A stretch of DNA of 64,000 nt from Escherichia coli (GCF_030013595.1 NZ_CP122769.1), one strand, 5' to 3'. Counted from the first letter of the stretch, positions 16,830 through 27,288 are shown. Program-made: numbers and translations. The notes: a model not told the origin generated them from the letters alone.

Positions 16830-19800
16830 ATGATGATGAATTTCAGGGCGCTGTATTTATGTATTAAACGGATTTTGGGGATATTCTCATCTCAGGAGAA
16901 TGATGCAACCTCTGTAATGATTGAGGATATATCAAGCCTCTCTCCTTTTGCGCAGATTCTAGGAGATCAGAAGTACACTGTTCCTGATCATCCAAATCCA
17001 GAAGTCCTGAAATTCATCGAGTATCCAACTCGTCCGACGGGCATACAGACATTTAATGAACAGTCAATCCTGTCTCTGTATCGGGAAAAGCTGCACTCAA
17101 TTTCAATGATGTTAGCTATCAGCGATAGCGACATCAGGGACGATGCATATACATTTACTAATTTAGTATTAAAGCCCTTGGTTGAATATGTTCGCTGGAT
17201 ACATCTTTTGCCAGCTTCCGAAAATCATCATCATAATGGTATTGGTGGGTTACTTTCTCACAGCCTGGAAGTGGCCATACTCTCTTTAAAAAATGCGCAT
17301 CACTCAGAACTGAGACCAATCGGATATCAAGATGAAGAAGTAGTCCGTAGAAAAGTATATCTCTATGCTGCGTTTATCTGTGGTTTAGTCCATGATGCCG
17401 GAAAGGTTTACGATCTCGATATTGTAAGCCTGAATTTAGCTAGTCCGATCATTTGGACGCCAAGCTCACAAAGTCTTCTTGACTGGGCACGTGAAAATGA
17501 CGTGGTTGAATACGAAATCCACTGGCGAAAGCGTATTCATAATCAACATAATATCTGGTCCAGCGTTTTCCTTGAGCGAATCCTAAACCCGGTATGTCTT
17601 GCATTTTTGGATCGGGTAAATAAAGAACGTGTTTATTCAAAAATGATCACCGCCCTAAACGTTTATACTGATGGGAATGACTTTTTGTCTAAATGCGTGA
17701 GGACCGCTGATTTCTATTCTACTGGTACAGACCTTAATGTTTTACGTGACCCTATCATGGGTCTGCGTTCTAATGATGCAGCAGCAAGGGCCATTAGTAC
17801 CATCAAGCACAACTTTACCAGTATCAATATCAACAATTACAATGCTAAGCCTATGCACATCATTATCGTAAATGGTGAGGTATACCTTAACGAGAACGCA
17901 TTCCTTGATTTTGTTCTCAATGATTTCGAATTACATAAATATAACTTCCCTCAGGGAGAGGCTGGTAAGACGGTATTGGTAGAATCCCTAGTTCAACGTG
18001 GTTACGTCGAGCCCTATGATGATGAGCGTGTCGTTCACTACTTCATTCCGGGTATCTATTCGGAAAACGAAATATCAAACATCTTTAGAAATGGGATAGG
18101 GAAACTAGAATTCTATAACCTTCTTAAGCTAAGGTGGATTGGTTTAATCTTTGATTCCTATAAAATCCCTGACTCAGTGCCGGGTCTTTTTAGCGTTAAT
18201 GCCAATAAAGACTTTATTTACATTGACGAGCAAAAAACAGTTACTGAATACAGAAGACCAGTGCCCGGTCGGGACGCTATAACTAAAATTACTGATACTG
18301 TTGAGACGGCTGTTCTTAAGGTTAATGATTTAGGCCGCTCCACTGCCTCTATTGATGTTGATATACATTCTAAGAAAAATGAAGGCTCATCCGACGATTT
18401 TGAGAAGAAAGCCGAAAGTGATAATGAAATTGATAATGACACGCAGATAGTTAAATCTGAGGGTGAGGAAGCAGCTGATCCTGTCATTCCTGATATAGAA
18501 GAAAGTGAAGATGAATCGGCAAAGGACACGGAATCCCATGTCCTGGTCAACCAACTTCATGAACTCCTTTTAAGCGCTCCACTTTCCAATGACTATATAG
18601 TGTGTGTAGATGCTGTCCCCTACCTCAACATAGATGCCACTATGGCATTGCTGCCGGGATTAGATGAAAAAGCATTTAGTGAAGAGCCCTATTTCCAACT
18701 GACATTCAGAGAAGGCTCTCTCGATGGAATGTGGATAGTAAGGGACATTGACGATCTGCGTTTAGTCCAGCTCGGCGATAACTGCGCCGGGTTCCAGCTC
18801 ACCTATCATGAGCCAAGAAGGCCAACAACTTTAAAGTCACTTTTCAATACTTCTATGTATCAGGCATTAGTGATTAATGATGAGTCTTCTGTTGAAAACT
18901 CTGCCCCACGTCCAAAGCAAACGCTTGAGCTGCCTCCCCCACGTGTAAATGCACTCGAAGAACATTCTGGCGACGTGGAATATCATGGAACCGATAGTGC
19001 ATCCGCGACTGGTCCGCTGAAAACTGAGGCTGTGGAATATGAACATTATCAACATCTTTTTGAGGAAGAAGATGAAGAGCATGAGATCATTGATTATACC
19101 GATTTCACACAGCTTAGTGTTTCTCGGCCAGAAGTCGGTAGTTGTGCAACAAGCTCTTCGGTCCATAATGAAAAGCTTCTCCCCGAGCCGTCAGAATTAC
19201 CAGAACTTAACCGAGAACAGAACGCTGATCCCCAGGGTACGATTGAACGCTCTATGGATGTTTCTGTAGGACAAGAAAACTCAGAACCAGATACTGAGGG
19301 TAACTGCCCACCACCAGCTGAAGTTGTGTATTCCCAGACCGAAGCAGCCGCAACCAGTGTGATGGCAAGTGAAGAGCCCGCCTTACCTCCTGTACTTGAA
19401 GAATCAAATGGAGAGCATGCGCCCACAGACGCTAAGGGGCATCATCTTTCGCCAGCACTGGCCAGACTGTTCGCCCCAACAGCACCGGTAGAAAAACAAA
19501 ATCCCAAGCGCAACCGGAATAAATCATCGGACAAAGCAGAAGTACAAAAACCAGCATCACCTGTTTCTGGTCACAATCTGAACAGTAAAGTCTTTGCAAC
19601 TACTGAATCAGACCAAAATGGTGAATTCTCGCTTATAAGCGAAGGTGACGTTACAGAGCTTGAATTTGTAGAAATTGCGTCAGTACTGCATCAAATTCTG
19701 TCCAAAATGGAGGTGGCGTTTAAAAGAAAGCGCAAAAACAGATTTATGGTAAGTACTCCTAATACTCTCTATCTGACCCAATCTTGCGTGGAAAAATTTG

Positions 19801-19982
19801 GGTCGCAGTTAGAGGCTCAAGATCTTTTCAATAAGCTTCCTCAGTACCTCGTTAATTCTGGTGCTGTGATCAATACAAAATGCCATGCATTTAACATGCC
19901 TACTTTGCTGGCCGCATCAGACCGGGCGAAAGTGGACATTGAACGAATTATCAATAACCTGAAAGAGGCTGGGAACCTATAA
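16830..19982 (+). CDS. traI: MOBH-family conjugative relaxase TraI with HD domain
   Basis: 1050-aa ORF; HHHNGIGGLLSHSLEV and GLVHDAGKVYD form the HD-domain signature of MOBH relaxases; acidic/Pro-rich disordered region about residues 500-900. Confidence 0.85.
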   Translation: MMMNFRALYLCIKRILGIFSSQENDATSVMIEDISSLSPFAQILGDQKYTVPDHPNPEVLKFIEYPTRPTGIQTFNEQSILSLYREKLHSISMMLAISDSDIRDDAYTFTNLVLKPLVEYVRWIHLLPASENHHHNGIGGLLSHSLEVAILSLKNAHHSELRPIGYQDEEVVRRKVYLYAAFICGLVHDAGKVYDLDIVSLNLASPIIWTPSSQSLLDWARENDVVEYEIHWRKRIHNQHNIWSSVFLERILNPVCLAFLDRVNKERVYSKMITALNVYTDGNDFLSKCVRTADFYSTGTDLNVLRDPIMGLRSNDAAARAISTIKHNFTSININNYNAKPMHIIIVNGEVYLNENAFLDFVLNDFELHKYNFPQGEAGKTVLVESLVQRGYVEPYDDERVVHYFIPGIYSENEISNIFRNGIGKLEFYNLLKLRWIGLIFDSYKIPDSVPGLFSVNANKDFIYIDEQKTVTEYRRPVPGRDAITKITDTVETAVLKVNDLGRSTASIDVDIHSKKNEGSSDDFEKKAESDNEIDNDTQIVKSEGEEAADPVIPDIEESEDESAKDTESHVLVNQLHELLLSAPLSNDYIVCVDAVPYLNIDATMALLPGLDEKAFSEEPYFQLTFREGSLDGMWIVRDIDDLRLVQLGDNCAGFQLTYHEPRRPTTLKSLFNTSMYQALVINDESSVENSAPRPKQTLELPPPRVNALEEHSGDVEYHGTDSASATGPLKTEAVEYEHYQHLFEEEDEEHEIIDYTDFTQLSVSRPEVGSCATSSSVHNEKLLPEPSELPELNREQNADPQGTIERSMDVSVGQENSEPDTEGNCPPPAEVVYSQTEAAATSVMASEEPALPPVLEESNGEHAPTDAKGHHLSPALARLFAPTAPVEKQNPKRNRNKSSDKAEVQKPASPVSGHNLNSKVFATTESDQNGEFSLISEGDVTELEFVEIASVLHQILSKMEVAFKRKRKNRFMVSTPNTLYLTQSCVEKFGSQLEAQDLFNKLPQYLVNSGAVINTKCHAFNMPTLLAASDRAKVDIERIINNLKEAGNL
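18833..18843. repeat. Palindromic box, copy 9 (ttAAAGTCACTTTTc, centre C), inside traI
   Basis: Read directly. Confidence 0.65.
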
Positions 19983-22066
19983 TGTCAGATTCGAAGAGGA
20001 CTAACCTCCATGCACAAGAGAATTTTTATCGGCCTATTCTTGAGTATCGTAGTGCCTCAATACTTTTGATTTGTTCGGTTTCTATGCTTTATATGGGACT
20101 TTCTTCAGACGGACTGGACATCGCCCCAATAGTTCTGTTCACCTCAATATTGCTTTTTTTGCTGTGCCTTTATCGTTGCAAAACAGCAGCGCCATTCTTG
20201 ATGGCTCATTGGCGTGTATTCAAGCGACATTTCATGTTCGTTAGTCTTGATTCACTGCGTGTAATTAACAAAAGTAACTTTTTCTCCAATGAGCGAAAGT
20301 ATCGTCAACTGGTTCAGGATTATCAAAATAAAAATAAGGATATACCCGAGCGAAAGTCCTATTTTTGTGATGGGTTTGAGTGGGGCCCGGAACATGCGGA
20401 TCGGGCATATCAAATAGCTAACCTCTCCAGTGATAAACGTGAGATCGAGTTGCCATTCGTCTTCAACCCAATTAAGAGACATTTTGACGCAATGGCTCGT
20501 AAGATGGGCGGCAGCAATGCAATTTTTGCTGTGGAACGTAGGGAACCCATATTTGTAACTGAAGACAATTGGTTTGGTCATACTCTGATAACCGGAAACG
20601 TGGGTACCGGGAAAACGGTGCTACAGCGTTTACTAAGCATTAGCATGCTTCATCTTGGTCATGTTGTTGTTGTCATAGATCCAAAGAACGATGCAGAGTG
20701 GCGAGAATCTCTAATGGAAGAGGCTAAGACCCTCGGTCTTCCTTTCTATAAATTTCATCCTGGCCAGCCAGCATCTTCGGTCTGTATTGATGTCTGCAAC
20801 ACCTATACTAATGTTTCTGACCTAACATCTCGTCTTTTGAGCTTGGTGACAGTTCCCGGTGAGGTTAACCCATTCGTTCAGTATGCCAAGGCTCTCGTTT
20901 CCAATGTGATTTCCGGGCTTTCTTACATAGAGAAAAAGCCTTCTATTTATCTGATTCACAAGAACATGAAAAGCCACATGTCTATTGTGAATCTTACAGT
21001 CAAGGTAATGGAGTCATGTTACGCGAGATATTATGGTTACGATGTCTGGACCGAAAAAGTTAAGTACGTCGCTAACGAAACCTTGCCGGTACGTTTCAAG
21101 CGTCTCGCTGAATGGTTTACGGCTCATTTCATGAATTACGAGGGGTCCGAACAAATAGACTGGTTAGATACTGTTTCCCAGCTTATTGATTACTCAATGT
21201 CCGACCCAGAGCATATGGCTAAAATGACCGCAGGTATTATGCCTGTTTTCGATATGCTCATTGAAAAACCTTTAAATGAGCTTTTATCTCCTAACCCGAA
21301 CTCAGTATCATCAAGAGAAATTGTAACAAGCGAAGGGATGTTCAGCACTGGCGGGGTGCTATACATTTCGCTTGATGGCCTTTCAAACCCCGATACAGCA
21401 GCTGCTATTTCTCAATTAATAATGTCAGATCTGACCTCCTGTGCCGGTAGTCGCTACAACGCTCAGGATGGTGATATGTCAGCTAATTCCAGGATAAGTA
21501 TTTTTGTTGATGAGGCACACTCAGCCATTAACAACCCTATGATTAACCTTCTGGCGCAGGGTCGTGCAGCGAAAATTGCACTGTTTATTTGCACCCAAAC
21601 CATCTCCGACTTTATTGCTGCGGCAAGTGTTGAAACTGCCAATCGAATTACGGGGCTCTGCAACAATTATATAAGCTTGCGAGTCAACGATACTCCTACT
21701 CAGACGCTTGTTGTAGAGAACTTTGGTAAGAGTGCGATAAGCACAAATATGGTCACTTATACGACCGGTTCAGAAACATCTTTGCCGCATAATAACTTCT
21801 CAGGTTCAATCTCAGAAAGAAAGCAGACAACTTTAGAAGAGAGTATTCCAAAGGATCTCTTGGGTCAGGTCCCTATGTTTCACATAGTTGCCAGGCTTCA
21901 AGATGGCAGGAAGGTTGTAGGCCAAATCCCTATTGCTGTTGCTGAGAAACAAATGAAGCCAAACACAACTCTGTCGGAAATGCTTTTCAAGAAGGCCGGA
22001 AAAGTTACTTTGCGTCAAAATCTCGATATCAAAAATCTTAATAAATTTCTAAGGAAGTTGCATTGA
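19982..22066 (+). CDS. traG: Type IV coupling protein (TraD/TraG-family ATPase; IncHI TraG)
   Basis: 694-aa ORF; N-terminal TM helices; Walker A ITGNVGTGKTV; Walker B SIFVDEAHS; ATG overlaps the traI stop. Confidence 0.85.
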   Translation: MSDSKRTNLHAQENFYRPILEYRSASILLICSVSMLYMGLSSDGLDIAPIVLFTSILLFLLCLYRCKTAAPFLMAHWRVFKRHFMFVSLDSLRVINKSNFFSNERKYRQLVQDYQNKNKDIPERKSYFCDGFEWGPEHADRAYQIANLSSDKREIELPFVFNPIKRHFDAMARKMGGSNAIFAVERREPIFVTEDNWFGHTLITGNVGTGKTVLQRLLSISMLHLGHVVVVIDPKNDAEWRESLMEEAKTLGLPFYKFHPGQPASSVCIDVCNTYTNVSDLTSRLLSLVTVPGEVNPFVQYAKALVSNVISGLSYIEKKPSIYLIHKNMKSHMSIVNLTVKVMESCYARYYGYDVWTEKVKYVANETLPVRFKRLAEWFTAHFMNYEGSEQIDWLDTVSQLIDYSMSDPEHMAKMTAGIMPVFDMLIEKPLNELLSPNPNSVSSREIVTSEGMFSTGGVLYISLDGLSNPDTAAAISQLIMSDLTSCAGSRYNAQDGDMSANSRISIFVDEAHSAINNPMINLLAQGRAAKIALFICTQTISDFIAAASVETANRITGLCNNYISLRVNDTPTQTLVVENFGKSAISTNMVTYTTGSETSLPHNNFSGSISERKQTTLEESIPKDLLGQVPMFHIVARLQDGRKVVGQIPIAVAEKQMKPNTTLSEMLFKKAGKVTLRQNLDIKNLNKFLRKLH
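20271..20281. repeat. Palindromic box, copy 10 (cAAAAGTAACTTTTTc), inside traG
   Basis: Read directly. Confidence 0.7.
22001..22011. repeat. Palindromic box, copy 11 (ggAAAAGTTACTTTgc), 3' end of traG
   Basis: Read directly; 55 nt before the next gene start. Confidence 0.7.
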
Positions 22067-23175
22067 TGGATGAAAAAATTGTCCTGACGCGCCAGCAAAT
22101 TTTAAGCTCTGCACTAAAAGTCAGCAAATGTCGCTCGCTCGTAAAAAGGCGCTTTCAGTCTTTGGGTTTAAAGTACGCAGATTCTCAGGAAGTTCGAGAT
22201 CGGCTAACTAAGATAGAAAAAAACGCGTTTCATCATTTGGGAAAATTTTGTCAGAGCAACGATATCGATTCCCTATTCTCCATGGCAAATACCCTGTCTG
22301 AGCTTTTCCTTTTAAAGGGAGAGTTGATCACGACTGATCCCTTTGGGGACCGTGAAACCAGCTACTGGTCGGTACCACAAGGTTCATGCCATGAATGGAT
22401 TCAATCGCTGACCACCAGCGAAGGTCCTGAACGTAAATTCGTTAGTTTCCGTATTTCTTTCGATAACAATGACGAACGGTGTGATCTTGTAAAGAAGAAT
22501 GCCCGTATGCTTGGTTGTTATCTTTTGCCTTATTTCGTCGATTTGACACGCACGGTGGGCGCATTCATTAATTTGCCAGGTAGTGTCTCTTTTAAACAAG
22601 TACAGCGCATCAAACCCCAGATTCATCCAGAAACAACACATAGTCATATAGTTACTATTGAGGACTCTCCCTTTCTTTCTCGGTTAAAATTTAAAATCAT
22701 TACTGCCATAGATCGGCTTCCTGACCCTAATGGCCTTTATACAAACACCTTTAACAGCATTATTGACCGTGCACTGCTGACTCATCTCAAAACCGAACAG
22801 GAAAAAATAGATAGTCCAAGAGTCTGCAAAAATGTGATTTCGGCTTTTGCCGACTCAACTCTTTCTCTGCCGGTGTTTAACATCGGCCTAAACGAGCAGT
22901 ACAGATACTGGACGCCGTGGGGCATCAACTTTATAGAATTTTCCCGCCAGGCCGCAAAAGCAAGGACCGCTGTATTTGTTCCTGATGTGGGACAGATCGA
23001 GTGGAAAAGCGCAGAGCATAAAGAACTGGCGGAGTTAAGCCTCATCGACCAAATCATACCTAAACAGTACCACTGGCTCCTGGGTATCCCGACGATGTGG
23101 CGTAACAACTATTGCAATCACGATCAGAGGCTAGCTCTTTTTCGTGAATGGAGGGAAAGCAATGGCTGCGGATAA
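22066..23175 (+). CDS. Hypothetical protein in Dtr operon
   Basis: ATG 22066 overlaps the traG TGA by 1 nt; AAGGAAG SD; about 369 aa; no motif recognised. Confidence 0.6.
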   Translation: MDEKIVLTRQQILSSALKVSKCRSLVKRRFQSLGLKYADSQEVRDRLTKIEKNAFHHLGKFCQSNDIDSLFSMANTLSELFLLKGELITTDPFGDRETSYWSVPQGSCHEWIQSLTTSEGPERKFVSFRISFDNNDERCDLVKKNARMLGCYLLPYFVDLTRTVGAFINLPGSVSFKQVQRIKPQIHPETTHSHIVTIEDSPFLSRLKFKIITAIDRLPDPNGLYTNTFNSIIDRALLTHLKTEQEKIDSPRVCKNVISAFADSTLSLPVFNIGLNEQYRYWTPWGINFIEFSRQAAKARTAVFVPDVGQIEWKSAEHKELAELSLIDQIIPKQYHWLLGIPTMWRNNYCNHDQRLALFREWRESNGCG

Positions 23176-23824
23176 TACAAGCAGAGCAGCAGTGCTCAGA
23201 ACAATGCTTTTTTTTGGCATGGTCATTTATTTTGGTTACAGCCTGGCTTTCCAGAATACTGAGGAGCTCAAATATCAGATTACTCAGGAGGTTAATGCAA
23301 GCCGGTCCATCATATCAAATGACCGTTGGAAGTCTGTTATTGCAAATAGTGAAGCGACTTTAAATTGGTTGGTACATGACTATAAGTTAATTGACTATCT
23401 GAATACTATTCTGATCCCTGACACCAAAAAACCAGCCAGAGGTATTAACATTGTTGCTGAAAAATTTACCTCTATTAATTACACTATGGCCAAAAACATA
23501 CCCCTCTTACTTTATCAGTCCATTTTCCGGTGGAACTTAATCCTGGGGTGGCTAATCGTTTTTCTGCCCTATCTATTTGCCATGCTAGCAGATGGAATGT
23601 ACCAGTGGAAATTGAAGAGGTACGTATTTGGTAAGGTTACAGTTCAGTTTTATCGTATTTGGTTTCGAGCATTTTGGGTGATCAGTGCTTTAACGATGGT
23701 CTACCTGGTCATGCCGAATATGTCACTATTTAACAATATCGCTCAACTTTTCCCACCAGTCGCTTTATTGATACTGGGAATTGCATTGAATCGCTTGTGG
23801 TCTAACTTTCAAAAACTCATGTAA
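23162..23824 (+). CDS. traJ: Polytopic membrane protein (IncHI TraJ position)
   Basis: ATG 23162 preceded by GGAGGG; four predicted TM helices; symbol assigned from gene order only. Confidence 0.45.
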   Translation: MAADNTSRAAVLRTMLFFGMVIYFGYSLAFQNTEELKYQITQEVNASRSIISNDRWKSVIANSEATLNWLVHDYKLIDYLNTILIPDTKKPARGINIVAEKFTSINYTMAKNIPLLLYQSIFRWNLILGWLIVFLPYLFAMLADGMYQWKLKRYVFGKVTVQFYRIWFRAFWVISALTMVYLVMPNMSLFNNIAQLFPPVALLILGIALNRLWSNFQKLM

Positions 23825-23834
23825 AGGTGGTCAG

Positions 23835-25016
23835 ATGTTAAGCAGTAAAAAAAGGAAGTCCCCTACAAATATCAAAGAATCGCTCAATGATAACGCTGAC
23901 CGTTTTTATAAGATGTTTCGCATTCATACCACGGCAAAAGTTGCTATGTCGCTAATTGCCATGACCGCTGTAGGGTTTTCTTTCTACAATCTTTACGAAC
24001 AATGGCAGGACGCTGAAGGGAAGAAAGACCATATAGCTGTAATACGGATTTCTGGCGAGATGGGTACCGGCTCGGAAACGGGCGATGGAACAGTGATCGC
24101 AACAGCTCTTGCCAAAGCTTACAATAATCCCCATGCCAAAGCAGTTATTATCGAGGCAGAGTCAGGTGGTGGTGGTCCCTCTGACGCCATCATTATTTAC
24201 CGCCAGATAAACGCGCTTAAAAACCACCAGCCACAGATTGAACGCGTATCAGATGCCGGTTGCTCTCTTTCATCTGTAGCCGCTGACAAGAGTAACAAAA
24301 CCGGGAGCACAGAACGTGGCGATGAAGCACGGTCGAAGCAAAACTCCCTCGAAGTACTCTCCAGCGGTACCGGTCGTTTTTTCTCTGATATCGCAGACTC
24401 ATATAAACCAATCATCGTTAGTGTGAAAGGCATATGCGCATCCGCATGCTATTACGCGGTATCGCCCGCTGATGCAATTTATGCCGACAGTAATGCCCTG
24501 ATCGGTTCTATCGGTGTGCGTATGGACCACTGGAATCTGTCAGAGATCATGAGCACAGTAGGCGTCAAGAATGAGCCCCTTACGGCCGGTGAGTTCAAAG
24601 ATGCTCTTGACCCCTTCCACCCATTGTCCGATTCAACGAGGGAGTTCATGCAGAAGGAGATCCTGAACACGATGCATGAAAAATTTATAACTGATGTTGA
24701 ACTTGGACGGGGTAAAAAGCTTCTCTCGCGTCATGATGCCGATGCTGTTTCTCTCTATTCAGGCCGTGTATGGCCAACACCTCAGGCAGTTAAGTACGGC
24801 CTGGTGGATGGAGATCTTACGTCAGTAGAGATCCGTACACGTCTTTCAAAAATGTACTCCACTGACACGTTCAAAAACTACAATGAGCCTCATCGTAATC
24901 TCCGTTCTGCACTCGGCATGCTGATGAGCCTGTCTTCAAATATTGAGAGCCTTACCGGTACCACTACCCGCTTGGTAGAATCTGTTAATGCCACCAGCTA
25001 CCCCTCTGTGAGGTAA
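23835..25016 (+). CDS. S49-family (SppA-like) membrane-anchored serine peptidase
   Basis: 393-aa ORF; N-terminal TM helix; CASACYYAVSPADAIYADSNALIGSIGV aligns to the SppA AASGGYY..GSIGV block. Confidence 0.7.
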   Translation: MLSSKKRKSPTNIKESLNDNADRFYKMFRIHTTAKVAMSLIAMTAVGFSFYNLYEQWQDAEGKKDHIAVIRISGEMGTGSETGDGTVIATALAKAYNNPHAKAVIIEAESGGGGPSDAIIIYRQINALKNHQPQIERVSDAGCSLSSVAADKSNKTGSTERGDEARSKQNSLEVLSSGTGRFFSDIADSYKPIIVSVKGICASACYYAVSPADAIYADSNALIGSIGVRMDHWNLSEIMSTVGVKNEPLTAGEFKDALDPFHPLSDSTREFMQKEILNTMHEKFITDVELGRGKKLLSRHDADAVSLYSGRVWPTPQAVKYGLVDGDLTSVEIRTRLSKMYSTDTFKNYNEPHRNLRSALGMLMSLSSNIESLTGTTTRLVESVNATSYPSVR

Positions 25017-25017
25017 C

Positions 25018-25749
25018 ATGGATGCTTTCAATCTGCTGTGGAGCATTACGGGGGTAGCTTTCATTATCCTTATTTTCGTCGTGTTGCTGTGTCTGTTGGG
25101 TTTTATGACCTCTGCCATAGCGGAACGGCGGACTGCAAAGGCAATTGAATCTGGGCTTCCTGAAGAAGCTCAGGGGCTACTTAGTGATCTCACCTTTCAG
25201 TTGTCGGCTCATAGCACTACTCAGGTTGATCACATTCTCGTAGCCCCACATGGTATATACGTCATAGAGCAGAAAAACTACGTAGGCAAGCTCTACGGTA
25301 CTCTGGAGGAAAGCCACTGGCGGAAATGGACTCAGTCCCGAACCCTCAAGTTGCAGAACCCGTTTAAGCAAAACCAGGGGCACATCAGGGCTATTCAGTC
25401 TGCTCTTAAGGCTAGAGAACTGGAATGTATCAATGTCGTCATCATAAACGGACGTTGTAAGTTTGATGGCATCAAGCCGGAATGGTTATGTATGGGGATG
25501 GACGATTTTATCCATAAAGTCAAACAACGACGAGGGCTACGGTTGTTCACACCGGAGTCTGTTCAGCACATCTGTTCGGTGTTGAAGTCAACAAGGAAGT
25601 CGCCAGGGCTCTATACGGACCTTACTCATATTCACAACATAACGACAAAGTACAAAGCCCCGATGAAATTCGAGCAACGAGTAACATACATTCTGCTCAA
25701 CTTTATCCATTATCTGTGGGCAAGTCTGTTCACTAAGCAGAAGCCTTAG
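25018..25749 (+). CDS. Membrane-anchored NERD (nuclease-related domain) protein
   Basis: 243-aa ORF; TM helix, then HILVAPHGIYVIEQKNYVGKLYG..NPFKQNQGHIRAIQ typical of NERD domains. Confidence 0.65.
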   Translation: MDAFNLLWSITGVAFIILIFVVLLCLLGFMTSAIAERRTAKAIESGLPEEAQGLLSDLTFQLSAHSTTQVDHILVAPHGIYVIEQKNYVGKLYGTLEESHWRKWTQSRTLKLQNPFKQNQGHIRAIQSALKARELECINVVIINGRCKFDGIKPEWLCMGMDDFIHKVKQRRGLRLFTPESVQHICSVLKSTRKSPGLYTDLTHIHNITTKYKAPMKFEQRVTYILLNFIHYLWASLFTKQKP

Positions 25750-25787
25750 CGCTCTATCATTGGTAAGGCTGTAAAATGTCTGCAAAA

Positions 25788-25820
25788 GGCCCCATCGGTA
25801 AATTGTTGGGGCTTTTTCTT
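25788..25820 (+). terminator. Rho-independent terminator ending the Dtr operon
   Basis: GGCCCCA-loop-TGGGGC followed by TTTTTCTTT, 40 nt after the NERD stop. Confidence 0.7.
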
Positions 25821-26035
25821 TGCGTAGTTCTGATACGGTTTATCCTGTGGAGCATTATGGCCACCAGCCAGCTGGTGACTGGCCAACGCTTTGTATGACG
25901 TAGCCTACTCAGGGCAGGCTATTTTAGAGGGACCGATTTTTATCCGGGCTAATTTAGAAAGAGATAATTTGAACTTAGGCGGGCTGACCACCAGCAGAGA
26001 GGTAAATCACTAGCCGGTGATATTGACAGAAGTCG

Positions 26036-26389
26036 TCAGGGGTTTAACGCCGGAATATTTTGCCAGGCCTCCTGCAAGGTCTGCAAGACTTCTACAAGTG
26101 ATAGTGACGGCCACAGGACTGTTTCCGTCATTATCACTCCAGGTGGCTCGCACTCTACTGGTACCAGAATTAAAACAACACGAGTTCCTTTTACCTGGTA
26201 GGCAAGGTTTACTGCCGGTTGGCGGTAGGAGGCCAGTACACCCTCACCATATTGAGCAGGGTTACTTGCCCAGTTCCGCACCATTGCATACACCTGAGGC
26301 ATATACCGACTATCCAGATCCCCTTTGGGCCGTCTGAACGGCACGATTTCTTCTGAGCGGTAGGTGGTCGTTGTTGTATTGGTTGTCAT
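26036..26389 (-). CDS. Hypothetical protein
   Basis: ATG 26389 preceded by GGGGAGGTG; preferred over the overlapping plus-strand ORF 26017..26337, which lacks an SD. Confidence 0.5.
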   Translation of the reverse strand: MTTNTTTTTYRSEEIVPFRRPKGDLDSRYMPQVYAMVRNWASNPAQYGEGVLASYRQPAVNLAYQVKGTRVVLILVPVECEPPGVIMTETVLWPSLSLVEVLQTLQEAWQNIPALNP

Positions 26390-26454
26390 CTTTGTCACCT
26401 CCCCTGTTCGTCCATTTAGAGTTTTAAGCTGCTTTACACATCACACTCAACTGA

Positions 26455-26739
26455 TTATTTAAGCTGGTCATCGTCTCTGGCCAGCATAGCCCAACCATTC
26501 GACTGGTTTTCGCGGGAGTAAGGATTCATTTCAAAATAACTATCTACCGCGTCGCTGTCCGCAACAGAACTGTTGTTAGCTCTCTTTGAACCCTGAACCA
26601 CTACAGCATCAACCTCTGCGGCTTTCCCGTTGCGCTGTACCAGGATTTTAACCGTCTTGGGCTTACGTCTTGCGAGCAGTTTGTTGGCGATAAAAAGCAC
26701 AACAATCCAGGCCAAAAGCACGTATAAAAATTTATTCAT
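26455..26739 (-). CDS. Small membrane-anchored protein
   Basis: 94-aa ORF; N-terminal TM helix; AAGGAGG SD. Confidence 0.6.
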   Translation of the reverse strand: MNKFLYVLLAWIVVLFIANKLLARRKPKTVKILVQRNGKAAEVDAVVVQGSKRANNSSVADSDAVDSYFEMNPYSRENQSNGWAMLARDDDQLK

Positions 26740-26902
26740 AATGCCCTCCTTTGTATGTGATTATTATACCTGCTTCCATTGCAGGCCAAACAGGTTCGGT
26801 GTATGAAAAATAGACTTCTCTCCGGCGTATAGCAATCTACTTACTGATCTGTTTTCGTATCAAACTGTATGGCATAACCGAGGGGCGTACGTGGTGAGTC
26901 AG

Positions 26903-26913
26903 AAAGTTACTTT
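26903..26913. repeat. Palindromic box, copy 12 (cagAAAGTTACTTTTcc)
   Basis: Read directly; intergenic, about 165 bp upstream of the 26739 start. Confidence 0.8.
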
Positions 26914-27095
26914 TCCGTAATAGTTAATTTCAGATCCTTCTTCCAGTTACGCTTCAGTATAAAACCGATACCCTCTAATTCAGCATCCTTCACGTTTAAT
27001 ACGCTTCACTTTAAGGCAGGGCTTTTCGGTTGATATGAATTCTTTTTCCGGTTGCTGGACATGGGTTTCATCCTGATAGTTAAAATTGCAGGCTA

Positions 27096-27203
27096 TCAGT
27101 CACCACCACCACCTCCTCCTCCTCCTCCTCCACCGCCACCATCACAACCACCAGCTATGCTATTTTCACCATTACAATCACCTCCGAGGGGGTTCAAATG
27201 GCT
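27096..27203 (-). pseudogene. 3' part of IS66-split small ORF (poly-Gly tail)
   Basis: Joining to 29736..29938 after removing the IS and one duplication copy gives a 100-aa ORF ending ..NPLGGDCNGENSIAGGCDGGGGGGGGGGGGGD. Confidence 0.6.
27196..27203. repeat. 8-bp target-site duplication AAATGGCT (left copy) of IS66-family element
   Basis: Identical octamer at 29736-29743, immediately outside both inverted repeats. Confidence 0.9.
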
Positions 27204-27288
27204 GTAAGCGTAAACTGACCGCCGTATGTAGCCATCAGACGAGAATTGGTAACTTAGACGCCCATCTGATATAGACGGACATCTAAGT

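Noticed and set aside
19951-19966. TCAATAACCTGAAAG inside traI, and CCTAATAACCGGG at 51490 inside a CDS, as extra promoter modules
   Set aside because: No TATAAT-like hexamer lies at the 16-17-nt distance, and both are inside coding sequence. They are probably chance partial matches.
25879-26013. Short frame reading ..ANLERDNLNLGGLTT, reminiscent of pentapeptide repeats
   Set aside because: It is only about 45 codons with no start codon and at most three imperfect repeats. That is too little to call a gene remnant.
27086-27140. CCA/CCT triplet repeat tract, considered as a microsatellite or array
   Set aside because: It is explained as the poly-Gly coding tail (minus strand) of the IS66-split ORF. 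It has no spacer-repeat structure.
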